DNA of 64,000 nt from Chiloscyllium plagiosum (Eukaryota): the NCBI RefSeq assembly GCF_004010195.1, contig NC_057718.1, forward strand, positions 52,700,498 to 52,764,497. Reading direction: 5' to 3'. A program made the translations under genes and the position numbers. Under the pieces are notes generated by a model. The model was not told where the DNA came from and did not search any database. It saw only the letters and a list, made by a program, of their open reading frames with translations. This document shows positions 1-13,645 of the stretch, piece by piece (within the stretch, counting starts at the first letter, position 1; every line of letters begins with the position of its first letter).

Positions 1-1048
1 GTTGGGGGCCGGGGAAACGGGAGTCTTGGAGGAGGTGGAGGGCGTGGGTGGTGTCTCGAACGTATGTGGGGAGTTCCTGGACTAGGGGGGATAGGACAGT
101 GTCGAGGTAGGTAGAAATGAGTTCAGGTGGAGCAGGAGCATGCTGAGACAATGGGTTGGCCAGGGTGGTCAGGCTTGTCGATCTTGGGAAGGAGATAGAA
201 CCGGGCAGTGCGGGGTGTCCCAGACTATGAGGTTGGAAGCTGTGGGTGGGAGATCTCCTGAGGTGATGAGCTTCTGTATGGTCTGGGAGATGATGGTTTG
301 GTGATGGGGGGTGGGGTCAGACCCCACCACCAGGGATATATTTCCCTCCCGCCTTCCGCAAAGACCATTCCCTCTGTGACTACCTGGTCAGGTCCACCCA
401 CCCTACAGCTCATCCTCCCATCCTGGCACCGTCCCCTGCCACCGCAGGAATTGAAAAACTTGCGCCCACACCTCCTCCCTCACCTCCATCCAAGGCCTTA
501 AAGGAGCCTTCCACATCCATCAAAGTTTTACTTGACATCCACCAATATCACTTATTGTATCCGTTGCTCCTGATGCGGTCTCCTCCACATTGGGGAGACT
601 GAATGCCTACTAGAAGAGTGCTTCAGAGAACATCTCTGGGACACCCGCACCAATCAACCACACTGCCCAGTGGCCCAACATTTCAACTCCCCCTCCCACT
701 CAGCCGAGGACATGGCGGTCCTGGGCCTCCTTCATCGCTGCTCCCTCACCACCCGACACCTGGTGGAAGAACGTCTCATCTTCTGCCTTGGAACACTTCA
801 ACCCAAGGGCATCAATGTGGACTTCAACAGTTTCCTCNNNNNNNNNNTATGCTACTTTCTCCCCCCCCCCACCCTCCTCTAGCTTATCTCTCCACCTCTC
901 AGGCTCTCTGCCTTTATTCCTGATGAAGGGCTTTTGCCCGAAACGTCGATTTTACTGCTTCTCGGATGCTGCCTGAACTGTTGTGCTCTTCCAGCACCAC
1001 TAATTACAAAGTCTGGTTTCCAGCATCTGCAGTCGTTGTTTTTACCTG
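1..1048 (+). mobile_element. Penelope-like element, family A, inverted structure (1-~320 minus; ~320-1048 plus: GIY-YIG region and terminus)
   Basis: Decayed GIY-YIG-type text (..CIRCS*CGLLHIGET..; VAQHFNSPSHSAEDMAVLGLL..RHLVEERLIFCLGTLQPKGINVDF) followed by the terminal motif CTGATGAAGGGCTTTTGCCCGAAACGTCG shared with other copies; strand switch near 320. Confidence 0.85.
916..951 (+). ncRNA. Minimal type I hammerhead ribozyme motif (PLE family A)
   Basis: ATTC-CTGATGA-A-GGGC(TTTT)GCCC-GAAAC-GTC-GATT: intact core, 4-bp helix II, palindromic ACGT helix III, GUC cleavage triplet. Confidence 0.75.
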
Positions 1049-1947
1049 GGCTTTAAGCAAAGCACATTGTATTCTTACAGGTAAAATACAAACAAATTAA
1101 AGAAACATTGGCATAACTAACCCTATTAAAAGACTTAACAAAATATTATTTAATGACTACTTAACTATTCCAACATAGTAACATCCCACACATTCTCGGC
1201 AAAGGCAAATTCGGCAAAACAGTGTTATTCTCACGCGTGATCTTTTCACTCTAATCCAGCAGAATGAAATACTGAAAGAAAAAAACCAGTCTAGTAACAG
1301 AGAGAGAACTCAAGCTTTTTTTGCAGCAGCAAAGAGAGGGCTTTATCTCTTAGCTTCAACACCATAATCCCAACTTCAACAACTGAAAGTAGAAACTCAA
1401 ACCCTGGGTCTGTGTGAACCTCATTCCACCCACACTTGCATCTTTATTCCAAATATAAAAAAAAACCTCCAAAACTGTTTACTCTGCTTTCCCTGGACGC
1501 AGGTACCTCACCACCAGGTTTAAAACGGTCATCTTCGAGACAAACAGGACCGAACAAATCCCTTTTAAAAGATGTATATCATTGCAATTGCTTGTCTGAA
1601 TGAACTGGTCATGCACATTCAGTCAGGCTAGGACAACCAGTTCCTCAGTCTTTGAGGAATGGCTGATGTTTCAGGATCTGCAGTTGTTAATTTGTACTCC
1701 ACCTGTCACCTAGGATTAATTCTGCTCTTCGGATGGTCTCACTGAAGTAGAGTCTCTGGAAATGCCATTGAAGAAAGTGCAAAAATCAGAGAGAGCTGGA
1801 ACCCCTTTTACTCTCCTCTTCACGACCTTCAAAAATTCTGTGTCTTGAGTCTAATGCTAGCATTGGATGGGGGCAGGATGACCCAAATAAGGTGACTGTT
1901 TTCTATATTTGGAGTTCATAAAACATAAGAGTTGAAGGTTCAAAACC

Positions 1948-2718
1948 AGATAAGTGTAGTCAGTGGCATTGTGCAAGCAAATGTGCCAGATGATATCCAC
2001 CACAACAAGTAATATGATGAAAGGCCAGGTGATTTAGTTCTGACGAGATTGGTCAAAGCTGGAAGAACTTTTTGCTGATTCTGAGAAATGCTCACTGTGG
2101 TCAGGTGACCTCCAAGATTGTTGTGAAAATATTGATATTTTTGCATGATCATGGCTTTAAAATATTTGTCATTGTGTCACTGAGCTGGTTGCCATCAGGT
2201 CTGCGCAGCATTCCAATAAAGCAGGTTCACTGAAGGTGTAAGCAATGTTTCACAATGAACCAATGTGGCCATTTATACCTGGCCTGTTGGTTTTTTGAAG
2301 GGCTTTTGCCTGAAATGTCGATTTTGCTGCTCCTCGGATGCTGCCTGAACTGCTGTGCTCTTCCAGCACCACTAATCCAAAACTCGTTGGTTTTAATGCG
2401 AAGCTGATTTTCCAAGGCCTGGCTGCATGAATACTGTTTGTTCCAGCTCTGCAGTTTGCACATCGCAGAGCCCAGAACTGTTTAAACTTGGCTTCCACTT
2501 TGAGATTTTTAAGCCGTGATCATGAAAATATGTCAATATTTCTATAACATTCCTGGAAGTCACCTGACCACTGATTATTTTTCTGTAACAGCAAAAAGTT
2601 CTTCCAGCTTTGACCAATATCAACAGAGCTAAATCACCTGGTCTTTCACCTCATTACTCGTCATGGTGGATATCATTTGGCATATTTGCCTTCATAATAC
2701 ACTGACTACACATATCTG
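1948..2718. repeat. Old long inverted repeat (arms ~1948-2163 and ~2500-2718), MITE/foldback-like
   Basis: Arms align as reverse complements over ~215 bp with scattered mismatches, e.g. ggtcaaagctggaagaactttttgctg vs cagcaaaaagttcttccagctttgacc. Confidence 0.8.
2296..2380 (+). mobile_element. PLE family A terminal fragment with decayed hammerhead
   Basis: tgaagggcttttgcctgaaatgtcgattttgctgctcctcggatgctgcctgaac, nearly identical to 924-1003. Confidence 0.8.
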
Positions 2719-4059
2719 TGAAGCATGTTTTGATGTCCAGAGATTGCCAAAGGCACCATCAGGATGCAGGTTTTTCTTCCTTTATTTATTTAATATGCAG
2801 TGATGAGTATGGAGGAGAGAAAATTGAAAGGCCCATTTCAGTTTTCTATAATAGCATCTCAGTATAATTTAAAGGCCTCTAAAAGTCATACCTCATCAAA
2901 CCACCCATTCCTTCAGATTGCCCATGCCACTCAATATGCCTTAACTAAATCATGGCAATTCCTAGCCACTTCCATGTCAACACATATATCCAATGCGACC
3001 AACCTGACATCCATTATGCACAGTCTCATAAGCCATGCAAGAAGGTTCATTGCAAGAAACAAAACTCTAAATCTAAACATCTTGACTTCTAATGTAATAA
3101 TATTGAATAAAATTTATGACAGTGTAAAAAAAAGACCTTTAAGAGCCTATTAGGTACATAAGTAAGCAAGAAATCACATCAAGGCATATTTACTCATTAC
3201 AGTCTCTTTAAAGTTTGTACGATTCTTAGATCAGTAGATCACCTGAGGGCTGAAGCCAGAAGAGCTTGAAACTCAGCCAAGCATTCACAACTTTCATAGC
3301 AAATGCTTCCAACTTCAGAAAATGTTAGAACAATATAGTATTGCACCTCCTATTGAAGAGAAAATGCCTGTTGGTCAAAAAAGAGCAGATGACAATTTTT
3401 TTTGCCCATTTCTCAACATGCTTTTTGTGTGACTATTTCACCCAGATACAATATTGATGTATCAATTGTCCCATCTCAGTTCCATTCAGCAGAATAAACA
3501 TTCTTCATTTTGAAAAGCACAACATGTTTTAGTTAATTTCATACTCCTAGGGGAAAGCCCAAGTGGATGCATCACTTCCAGAGAATAAGTCAATTCCACA
3601 GCTTGTCTGGGGTGAAAAAAATGTAAAGACAGCAATGAAATGCAGACAAAAAAGTTTTCAGTAAAGGACTGAATGGACTAACAACTGGTTGGCAGACAGA
3701 AAAGAAGAATAGTGGCAGATGGTAACTAGTCAAGGTTTCTTAGGTGTGGATTTGAGGCTAGGAACTGGAAGATAACATGCAAGGGATCAGTTCTTGTAGG
3801 TAGAAGTTAGAAAGAAAGCAATTTTTTAAAAAAATGACAGACTGTGAAATGGAAATAATACAATGATTTCATTTTCCAAGAATGGAGTGAGAGTGATGTG
3901 GATTTTAGGTTGGCTGTTACTCTGTATAGTCGTTGTTGCCTGTGAAGTTTTGCAAGTCAATAATTCATTCCTGATCGAAGAGAAGTTAGAAACATTTTTA
4001 ATTGTTGACATTTAAGACAGCTTTGCACAATTCCTTGGATGAAGAGAGAAAGAGGCACT

Positions 4060-5700
4060 AGGAAATGATGTTCATTCAAAGAGTCGGTGTCTGACATCAG
4101 TACTGGGGAAAAATATTGGAGTACAGAATAAAAGATGTAGTAGCAGAGCACTTGGAAGTTAGTGACAAGATTAGACAGAGTCAGCATGTATTATGAAGGG
4201 GAAGTCATGCTTGACATGCCTGCTGGATTGTTTTTGAGGATGTAACTAACAGGGTGGATAAGAGGGAGGCAGTGGATGTGGTTTACTGGATCTTCAGAAG
4301 TCTTTTGATTCAGGTCTCAGATAACAGACCAGCATATAAAATTAAAGCACATAGCCTGGAGCTTGAGTACTGACTGGACTGAGAACTGGTTGGCAGACAG
4401 GAAAGAAGAATAGTGGCAGATGGTAGCTAGTCAAAGTACAGCAACGATCAGTGCTTGGAGCCCAACTATTCATAATATACGAATAATTTAGATGAATAAA
4501 CAATGTGTCATAACTCCAGGTTGGCAGAAAACAGAGCTGAGTGGGAGGTTATGCTGTGAGGAGGATGCAGAGAAGTTTCAGTGTGATTTGGACAAGATAA
4601 ATAAGTGGGCAAATGCATAGCAGATGCAGTATAATCCATAGACTGGGAAAAGGAGGAGGCACAATGAGACCTAGGTATCCTCTGACATCAGTCACTGAAC
4701 ATAAATGTGCAGATACAGCAGGTAGTGATGTCAAATGGCATGTTCAACTTCATAGTGAGATGATTTGAATACAGGAGCAGGGATGCCTTGCTGCAGTTGA
4801 GCACGGCCTTGGGAAGACCACATCTAGAGCATTGTATGCAGTTCTGATTTCTTTATCTGAAGATGAATGTTCTCACTGTTAAAAGGGAATACATTGAAGG
4901 TGTAGTAGACTGATACCTGGGACAGTGGAACTGATGTACAGAAAAATACTGGACCGGTCAGGATGACCTTCACTGGTATTTAGATGAATGAGGGAGAAAT
5001 CTCAAATCTATAATATTCTAACAGGAAGTATGTTTAGATCAGAGTGGTGCTGGAAAAGCACAGCAGGTCAGGCAGCATCCAAGGAGCAGGAAAATCGTGG
5101 CAGGTGAGACAGGTCATGAGGACAGTGCTGAGCTAGAAGGTTGGAACTGGGGTGAGGTGGAGGGAGGGGAAGTGAGGAAACTGGTGAAGTCCCCATTGAT
5201 GCCATGGGATTGAAGTGTGCTGAGGCAAAAGATGAGGCGTTTTCCTCCAGGCATCAGGTGGTGAGGGAGTGACAGTGGAGAAGACCCAGGACCTGCATGT
5301 CCTCAGCAGAGTGGGAGGGGGAGTTGAAATGTTGGGCCACGAGGCGGTTTGGTTGATTGGTGCAGGTGTCTCGGAGATGTTCCCTGAAGCGTTCTGCAGG
5401 AAATATGTTCTATTCAGGGAGTCCAGAACTAGGGGTGGCAGACTAAAGATAAAGGATAGCCTTCTGATGAAGAAGAATGTATTCACCCAGAAAGCAGTGA
5501 GCATATGGAACCCTCTGTCACAGAAACTGTTGAGGCCAAAACGTTGACATTGCAGTTGATATAGTTTATAGGGTAAAAAGGATCAAAAGGATATGGAGAG
5601 AAATAGGTCTGGGACTACTGAGTTGGATGATCAGCCACAAACATATTGAGTGATGGATCAGGTTCAAAGGGCTGAATGATTGTACATTCTATCTATATTT
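4060..5700 (+). mobile_element. CR1 LINE ORF2 RT and 3-prime end, decayed, interrupted by a PLE
   Basis: Decayed QSQH..KGKSCLT-like and VDVVY motifs; CR1-type 3-prime end (gggctgaatg..). Confidence 0.8.
5035..5396 (-). mobile_element. PLE family A 3-prime fragment inserted in CR1
   Basis: GIY-YIG C-terminal text plus terminus; 13-bp TSD caggaa(g/a)tatgtt at 5022-5034 and 5397-5409. Confidence 0.8.
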
Positions 5701-6319
5701 CTAGGACTGATCAGTACAACTGTACCTGAGACAATACCTAAGGCAGACAACTAAACTTGCAGTAGTCATGAAAAATTGTTTTTAATTCATGTTTTGTTGA
5801 AGTCCATGCTTTAATTGGAGGTGGAACAAGACAATAGAGGTAATGAATGCAGAAACAGAAATTAGACTATTCATTAAAGTCAACCAAATTTAGTGTAAAG
5901 TCAAAATCCCTAATTAGCACACGTGACACTTGTGACTTGCTGCATTTATCATTTTCAGCCAGCCAATATCACCATTTATCCTCACTGGGTGGAACTGTCA
6001 TTTCCCTGCATAAAAAAAGAGTTATGTAAAATGCACGGTACATGTCCACAGTGAATTATTTCCAGAGTGGTTAAAATATAAAGGAGAGTTTTTCTTCAGG
6101 TAGAAAAATTGAAAATGTGCTTGCTCATCATGCACTGCTGATGCATGAAGGCGTTTCCAATATCCTGTTAAGTAACAATTCAATACCTCTTGTGTTAATT
6201 GCATTCTAAACATGTTTTGTGAAAGTCAGAGGTGCAATTGTATCAACCTGCTCAAAGGCTCAAAGGATTGAAACCAGATGGAACACCAGGCACCAGAAAC
6301 AACAACAATAAACTCAACT

Positions 6320-8990
6320 TTGTTGATCCTGCAAAGTTTCCCTTACTAAAATCTCAGAGCTCGTGTCAAAATTGGGACAGCTGTCTCACAGACTGTTCAA
6401 GCAACAGCCTCACAGTTGCACTTATGGAATCATGCCTTCGGACAATGTCCTGGACACCACCACTGAGTGTATCCTGTCCCAACACCATGACAGACCAGAC
6501 TGAGGTGGCAGCATAGTGCCAAACACAATCTGGAGTGACTTGCCATGGGACTCCTCAATGTTGACTTCAGACCCCATGATGTCTCATAGCATTCAGGTCA
6601 AATGTGGGTAAGGGAAACCTCTTGCTGATTATCACCAATCAGCCCCTCTTATCTGATGAATCAGTACTCTGCCCAATTGTATACCAAGTGGAGGAATTGC
6701 TGATGGTGGCAAGAACACAAATGTACTCTGGTTGGGGGCCTCTTATGATCTATCATCAAGAGTAGGTCAATAGCACCACTACTGACCAAGCTGGGGTTGA
6801 GCCTACATAGGATACAGCAGGTGAGGGAATCAACAAGAAGGAACCATATACCTGATCTCATCGTCATCAATCTGCCTGACACAGATGCATTTGTCTGTGA
6901 TACTACACATGGTGTGACACTACCATCATGTTAAATGGCATAGATTTTAGACAGATCTAGCAATTCAAGAATGTGCATCCATGAGACAGTGTCGGCCGTC
7001 AACAGCAGCAAAATTGTACTCAAAAATAATTTGTAACCTCATTGCCAACATATCCCACTCTAACACTATAAAGCTAGGGTATTGACATTGATTCAATGAA
7101 GAGTGCAGTAGGGTATGGCAGGAGCAGTACCAGGTATACCTAGAAATGAGATGTCAACCTAGGGAAGCTACCACCCAGGTGTACCTGCATGCAAAACCAG
7201 CATATATGATCAATGAAGCTAAGCAATCTCAGAATCGACTGATCATATTTATGCAATCCTGGCACATCCAGTCATGAGCTCAGTGGAGGAGAAGTTGATT
7301 ATACAAATATTCCCTTCCTAAAAAAAAAGGGAGAGGCCCACACCATTGCAAAAGATAAGGCCAAAACATTTTCAACAATTTTCAACCAGAAGTGCTGAAT
7401 AGATGATCCACCTTAGTCTGCTCCTGAGATCCTTAGCATTACAGATGCTAGTCTTTAACCAATATGATTAAGCCCATGCGATATCAAGAAAGCACAGAAA
7501 GTACTGGATATTGCAAAGGCTGTGGGACCAGACAATATTCCAGGAAAAGGACTGAAGACTTGTGGTCCAGATCTTGCCACACCCCTGGCCACGCCATTGC
7601 AATAGAGCTACAATACTGGCATCTACACAACAAAGTGGAAAATTTCCCAGGTATGTCCTGTCCACAAAGAGCTATACACATCCAACTTGGCCAAATACTG
7701 TCCCTTCAGTCTACTGTTCACATCATGAAATAATGGAAGAGGTCATCAACACTGCTATCAATTATTGCTTACTTATCGGAAATCTGCTGACTAACCCTCA
7801 ATTTGAGTTTCACCAGGATCAAATTGGCTCCTAATCTAGATGCAACAATAATGTTCAAACTCGGGCAAAACAGGTGAACTCCAGATGTGAGATGAGTGAG
7901 TATCTTCGAGGAGCCTCACCAAAACTGGAATCAAATAGGACTAAGAGAAAAACTCACTGGATAAACTGTTTGAAGTCATATGTAGCACAAAGAAAGATGG
8001 CTGCTGTAGTTGGAAGTCAGTTATCTTAGGTCCAGAACATCACTACACAAGTTTCTCATAGTTATGCTCGAGGCACAACCATCTACAGTTTCTTCAATGT
8101 GTTTCTTTCCATCTTAAGAGTCAGAAGTGGAATGTATCTTGATGATTGCACAATGTTCACTACATTCACAACTCCACAGATAATGAAACAAACTCTGCCC
8201 AAATTCAGCAAAACCTGAACAATATTTAGTTTAGGTCTGACAAGTGACAAGTAGCATTCATACCACACAAGTGCCAGGCAATGACTATCTGTAGCAAGAG
8301 GGAACCTGACCACTGCCCCATCAATTCAAATGGCATTCACCATCCATCATTATTAATATCTAGGTGGTTATGATGAAACAGAACTGGACTAGCCATATTA
8401 ATACTTTTACTACAAGAGCAAATCAGAGACTAGGAATCCTGCCACAGATAGCTTATTCCTTGGATCCCCAAATTCTATTCACCAGTCAGGAGTGTGATGG
8501 AGTAAGGTAAATGAATACAGCTCCAACAACACTTATGCAACTTGGCACCAGCTAAGACAAAAAGGCTGCTTGATTGCCATCACATTCATGGACATCCACT
8601 CCCTCCACCACCATTGCTCAGTAGCAGCAGTATATACAATGTATGAGATGCACAGTAAAAATTCACCAAGGCTCCCGAGAAAGCACCTTCCAAACTCTCA
8701 GCCGCTACCATCAAGCTCAAGGACAGCAGATACATGGGAACACCACCACCACCTATGATCCCTCCTCCAAGCGAATCACTATCCTGACTGGGAAACATGT
8801 CATCACACACTTATTGATTCATAATCCTCGAACTCCCACTTAAATGGCATTATGGGTGTACCGACACCACATAGACGGCAACAATTCATGAATGCAAAGA
8901 CAGCTTACCACTGCCTTCTCAAAGGCAGTTAGGCATGAATCACGGCTACTGATTCATCCAGTGAAATCCACCACCTCTAAATGAATTAAA
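6320..8990 (+). mobile_element. CR1/L2-group LINE ORF2 (APE endonuclease plus RT), heavily decayed
   Basis: Remnants NVLWLG.., EPTR..PDLIV.NLP, MYLDDCTMF (RT), gctccaacaacac..cttggcacca; same family recurs at ~9600-10930, 20820-22150, 25350-26370, 57330-58100, 62070-62790 (+) and 29950-32850, 60850-61360 (-). Confidence 0.75.
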
Positions 8991-9195
8991 ATAAAAGAAA
9001 AGAAAGGGATAATTTTGGTGACAGGTCACTTTACAGACTGGAGGGAAGTAAACAGGAGGAAATAAATCAGATAGATGACCCAGAAACGATGTAGGCACTA
9101 GAAATGAGAATGGCACAAATACACAGTAGACACTGCAAAGTTCTGCTAATTAATATCTAGAGACTGTGCCAAAATTGGGAGAGCTGTCTCACAGA

Positions 9196-9550
9196 TGTGG
9201 CATGCTGGCTCAGTGATTAACACTGCTACCTCAGAGTGTAATGGACCGGCGTTTGATTCCAGTCTTGGGTGACTGTCTATGTGGAGTTTGCATAATTTGT
9301 CTGTGTCTGTATGGGTTTCCTGTGGGTGCTCCAGTTTCCTTCTACAGTCCAAAGATGTGCAGGTTGGATGGATTGGCTGTGCCAGAAATTGCCCATGCTG
9401 TCCAGGGATGTGCAGGCTAGGTGGGTTGGCCATACGAAATGCAGGGTTATGGGGAACAGGTAGGGGCTTGGGTCTGGACGGGATGCTCTTCAGAGGGTCA
9501 ATGTGACTCGATCACCAAATGGCCTGCTTCTACATTGTAGGGATTCCATG
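9196..9550 (+). mobile_element. HE1-type tRNA-derived V-SINE
   Basis: A-box-like head, V-domain tgtggagtttgca..gggtttcc..tccaaagatgtgcaggtt, LINE-derived tail. Confidence 0.85.
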
Positions 9551-9599
9551 AGATGAGTTTAGCAAAAGCTTGATTACATTTATATTCATCAGATCACAC

Positions 9600-10930
9600 C
9601 TTTTGGTTAACATTGCAGATTCCTGCATCACCATCTCTGGGTATTTCCTGTCTCAATGGGAGGACAAAAACACCAGAAGTGGTGGTGCAGTCATATTTAG
9701 CTGAAAAGAATGACCCTGAATGACTTCAACATTGGCTATGGACATTGGCTATGGACACCAGTCTCATGGTGTCAGATCATAGATGGCCAAAGAAAGGTTT
9801 TCGTTAGCAACTACACACTCCTTTAATTGATGATGTGTTCTTCTATGTTGATTACCACTTGGTAGAAGCATTGAGGATGGCAAAAGCACAGAATGTACTC
9901 TGGTTGGGGATCTTCAAAGTCCAGTGCCAAGGGTGTCTCAATAGCATTTCTATAAATCTATGTAGTCCTTGAGGGGTATTTGACAAATTGGGCCTGTAGC
10001 CAGTGAGGAGAAAAAAGCGAATGAGTTGAAAAAAAAAAACTTGGCATCATTCTCACCAATGTGAACATCACAAATATATTCATCCATGACAGTATTGGTA
10101 TGAGAGACTACTGCAGAGAGCTTGTGGAGACAAAGTGCCATCTTTGACTGAAGCTACACCACACCACCAAGATGCGTGGCATCGTGATTATGATTTTTAA
10201 TATAGTGCCAGTTGGGATAGATTCAGAGCCATTTTACCCACAGAAATATGTTCAGTCATGATCTATAACTTAATGGACCAAAGAGATGCTGGATCTTGTG
10301 CTTCCCCATTCCACGATGTCAAGTCATGTTCGGAGTGTCATGGAATAATCCCACTTGTCTACATGAGAGCAGTCCCAACAACACAAGAAGCTTGACACCA
10401 TCCAAGACAAAGCCGACTGCTTAATTGATAACTCATCCAGTGCTTTGCACACCGGGACACAGTGGGTACTAGATATTGGATGCCTTACAGAAACCTATCA
10501 ATATTCTTTTATCAGCACGTTTCAAACCTGTGATACCAGCTAGAATTACAAAGGCAGAAGGTGCACGAGAACATAATTACCTGCAAGTTCCAATTTAAGC
10601 TATAGACCATCCATGACTTTGGATTGTATCATCTTTCCTTCAAAGTCCCTGGGTCAAATACCCGGAATGTCCTTCCAAAGCCCATGGTCTGAGTGTGCCT
10701 ACAACACAAGGACTTTATTTTCCCCAACTTATTGCGAGTTTTGAGAAGTTTTGAGAAGGTTTCCCCAACTCATGCAACATGGAAATTGCTGGCTTGCCAG
10801 CATATATTGCCCATGGCTATTGTCCTTGAGAAGATGTAGGTGAGTTGCTTTCTTGAACTGATGCAGCCCATGTCCTGTGGTTCAAGGCAACAGTTCACTA
10901 GGTGCTGTAGGACTGCAGTGGTTCCAGAAG
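9600..10930 (+). mobile_element. CR1/L2-group LINE fragments
   Basis: gcacagaatgtactctggttggggatcttcaa; cacaagaagcttgacaccatccaagacaaagc. Confidence 0.65.
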
Positions 10931-12419
10931 GGGCTCACCATCACTTTCCCTACTGATCTCAGCACACATATCTATTTGTTACCATGGAAGTTATAATTTC
11001 AGATTCAGATGCTGTTAACCTTTGGCAATGTTCTAAAGTTTGGGAGGAAAGTAGCAGATTTCAGAAGGATCAACAGACTGAAATTAACAGTGAACAGATG
11101 TATTTTGGAAGGAGGAATTAAGATGGACAATATAAACGTAACTGACCTTTTTAAAACAGTGATGCAACAACAAGTTGAGGAGGCTTAAAAATACAGATGT
11201 TTTTCTTTAGAAAGTAGAGGCATGACATACAAAGAGGGAGTGCGAAACTTTTATAAACCTCAGCTGCAAGTCTATGCATCACACGTTTAGAAGGATGTCA
11301 TGACATTAAAGGAGCTGCAGAGGGGTTTTACAAGAATGATACTAGGAAGGAAGGACTTCAGTGGAATGTTTAAAGAAAACTATAGACCACACTGTCCCTA
11401 CATCAACATGGATCAGAGCTGAGCACACAGACCCTGAAGAATCCCATCACAGCAGACACTGGAGGAACTGCCTGGAAAATTTAACTTTCTTCCAAGCAAT
11501 TGGAGACTTTCGATGGTTCAGATGAAATAGTTACTCAGAAAACATTAAACTACTAAATAAATAGACTAACTTGTGAGTAGCTATTGAACGGACTCCACAT
11601 TTGCCTCATGCACCACAATTATGTCATCCAGATCTTGATCTTACGTTCCTGTCTCAAGTCACAATGTCCCTGGCCCTAAGACCCAGCACCTCCCCCAGGA
11701 CATGACACCAACCCCTGGGGGCTCACCCAGTGAGTTGACACACCTTTACCCCCCTCCTGCTCACTCTGGGGCACACAAACCTCTGGGGACCGACAACATT
11801 TCACTTTCCAGGGGCACCCGCATATCTCCCTTCAAGACACATCCCAGTAGGCTTTACCCACACCCTTTCCTCAGGGGGTCCTAACACACCTCCTCCCGCA
11901 ACTCCTCAGGACCCCATCCCTACCTGGAACACGTCTTCCCCTCCCAATCATCCTGTCCCCCCACCCAGGACACAATACCACCCATAAACCCACTGCACCG
12001 TTCAATCTGTGAAGATCAGCACTCCGTAGAAAGTCTGATCCAATGATCTCACTCTGGGATTCTTCAACAAAAGAGATTTTAGGCCACATCAGGATCCATT
12101 AAAAAGGAACTTTTTAAATCGTCTGCAAAATAATAGTATTGGAACCCTTCACTGCATTAGTACAGGTCAGGTATAAATTACTGACAGCTATTTTGATTTG
12201 CTTTGTCCAAGTGACATAGCCAAGGGCTTGCATATGGTAGAGATAAATCTCACATCCAGGCTACTTAGTTCCCATGCATAATGACAAGACTCAAGCAAGG
12301 GATTACCAAGTGAGCTCTGGGACCATTCCATAATGGATGTGTGTAACTGGATTAACAGATCACGAAGTGAATGAGAATTCAAAGAGAGATGAGAGACCCA
12401 GAGACATGTCAAATGACAT

Positions 12420-12678
12420 AGAGGCTCAGTGGTTAGCACTGCTGTCTCACAACACCAGAGTCCCAGGTTCGGTTCTAGCCTCGGGCGACTGTCTGTATGG
12501 AGTTTGTACATTCTCTCCTTGTCTGCGGGTACTCTGGTTTCCTCCCACAGTCACAAAGATGTGCAGGTCAGGTCAATTGCCCATAGTGTTAGGTGCATTA
12601 GGTGGGTTACTCTTTGGAGGGTCGGTGTGGACTGGTTGGGCTGAAGGGCCTGTATCCTCACTGTAGGGAATCTAATCT
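12420..12678 (+). mobile_element. HE1-type SINE
   Basis: ggctcagtggttagcactgctg head, V-domain, tail gggctgaagggcctgt..aatctaatc. Confidence 0.9.
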
Positions 12679-12680
12679 TT

Positions 12681-13007
12681 TGGGTGCTACGGTGGCATCG
12701 TGGTTAGCACTGCTGCCTCACAGCGCCAGAGACCCCGGGTTGAATTCCCGCCTAAGGCAACTGTCTGTGTGGAGTTTGCACATTCTCCCCATGTCTGCGT
12801 GGGTTTCCACCAGGTGCTCCGGTTTCCTCCCACAGTCCAAAACTGTGCAGGTTAGGTGAATTGGCCATGCTAAATTGCCCCATAGTGTTAGGTGAAGGGG
12901 TAAATATAGGGGAATGGGTCTGGGTGGGTTGCTCTTCGGATGGTCGGTGTGGACTTGTTGGGCTGAAGGGCCTGTTTCCACACTGTAAGTAATCTAAATC
13001 TAATCTA
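12681..13007 (+). mobile_element. HE1-type SINE, full length, directly after the previous copy
   Basis: Complete head, V-domain and tail ending taatctaaatctaatct. Confidence 0.92.
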
Positions 13008-13189
13008 TAACCAGGACCTGGAATGACTGGAGTTAGACCACATTCAGTAACAGAAATGGCAGACTTCAGGCAGAGTGTCAGAAATGTTCCACTAATGACA
13101 AATAACAGAGGGAGTCAAAGAAAAACTCCTGAAGAGCTCAGTAGCAATGCAGTAAGCACAGACAGTGGAATGCTTCACATGTAGGATCA

Positions 13190-13645
13190 CTAGGATGATC
13201 CCAAGACAATCTTATGAAAGAAGGTTCAGCATATTGGGATTCAATGCATTGGAATTTAGAAGAATGAGAGGAGATCTTATTGAAATATACAGGATTCTTA
13301 AGGCTAGATGCTGAGAGGATGTTTTCCTTCATGGGGGAGTCTATTGTACAGGGCATAGTTTAAGAATAAATGGGTTGCTATTTAAGACTGAGATCAGGAG
13401 AAATTTCATCCGAGGGTGTGGTCCTTTGAAATCCTTATGATAAAGAACTGTGGAGGTTGAGTCCTTATGTATATTCATGGACGGAGATAGCTAGATTCTT
13501 CAACAGTAGGGAAAAACCAAGGGTAATGGAGAAAGGACAGGAAAGAGAACATGAGAAATGTTAGATCAACAATGATCCTACTGAATGGCAGTACAGCCTT
13601 GAGGGGCTGAATTGCTTACGTTCGATTCCTGTTTCTTATAGGTCT
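13190..13645 (+). mobile_element. CR1 LINE 3-prime fragment
   Basis: ttggaatttagaagaatgagaggagatcttattgaaatata (LEFRRMRGDLIE). Confidence 0.8.

Noticed and set aside
1050..1590. Possible solo LTR
   Set aside because: Composition is suggestive but no TG..CA ends with a TSD could be fixed
3243..6164. Further minus-strand exon candidates near 3243-3313 and 6164
   Set aside because: Weak splice sites and no recognisable peptide
12681..12760. tRNA gene
   Set aside because: A/B boxes continue into SINE V-domain and tail; these are SINE heads
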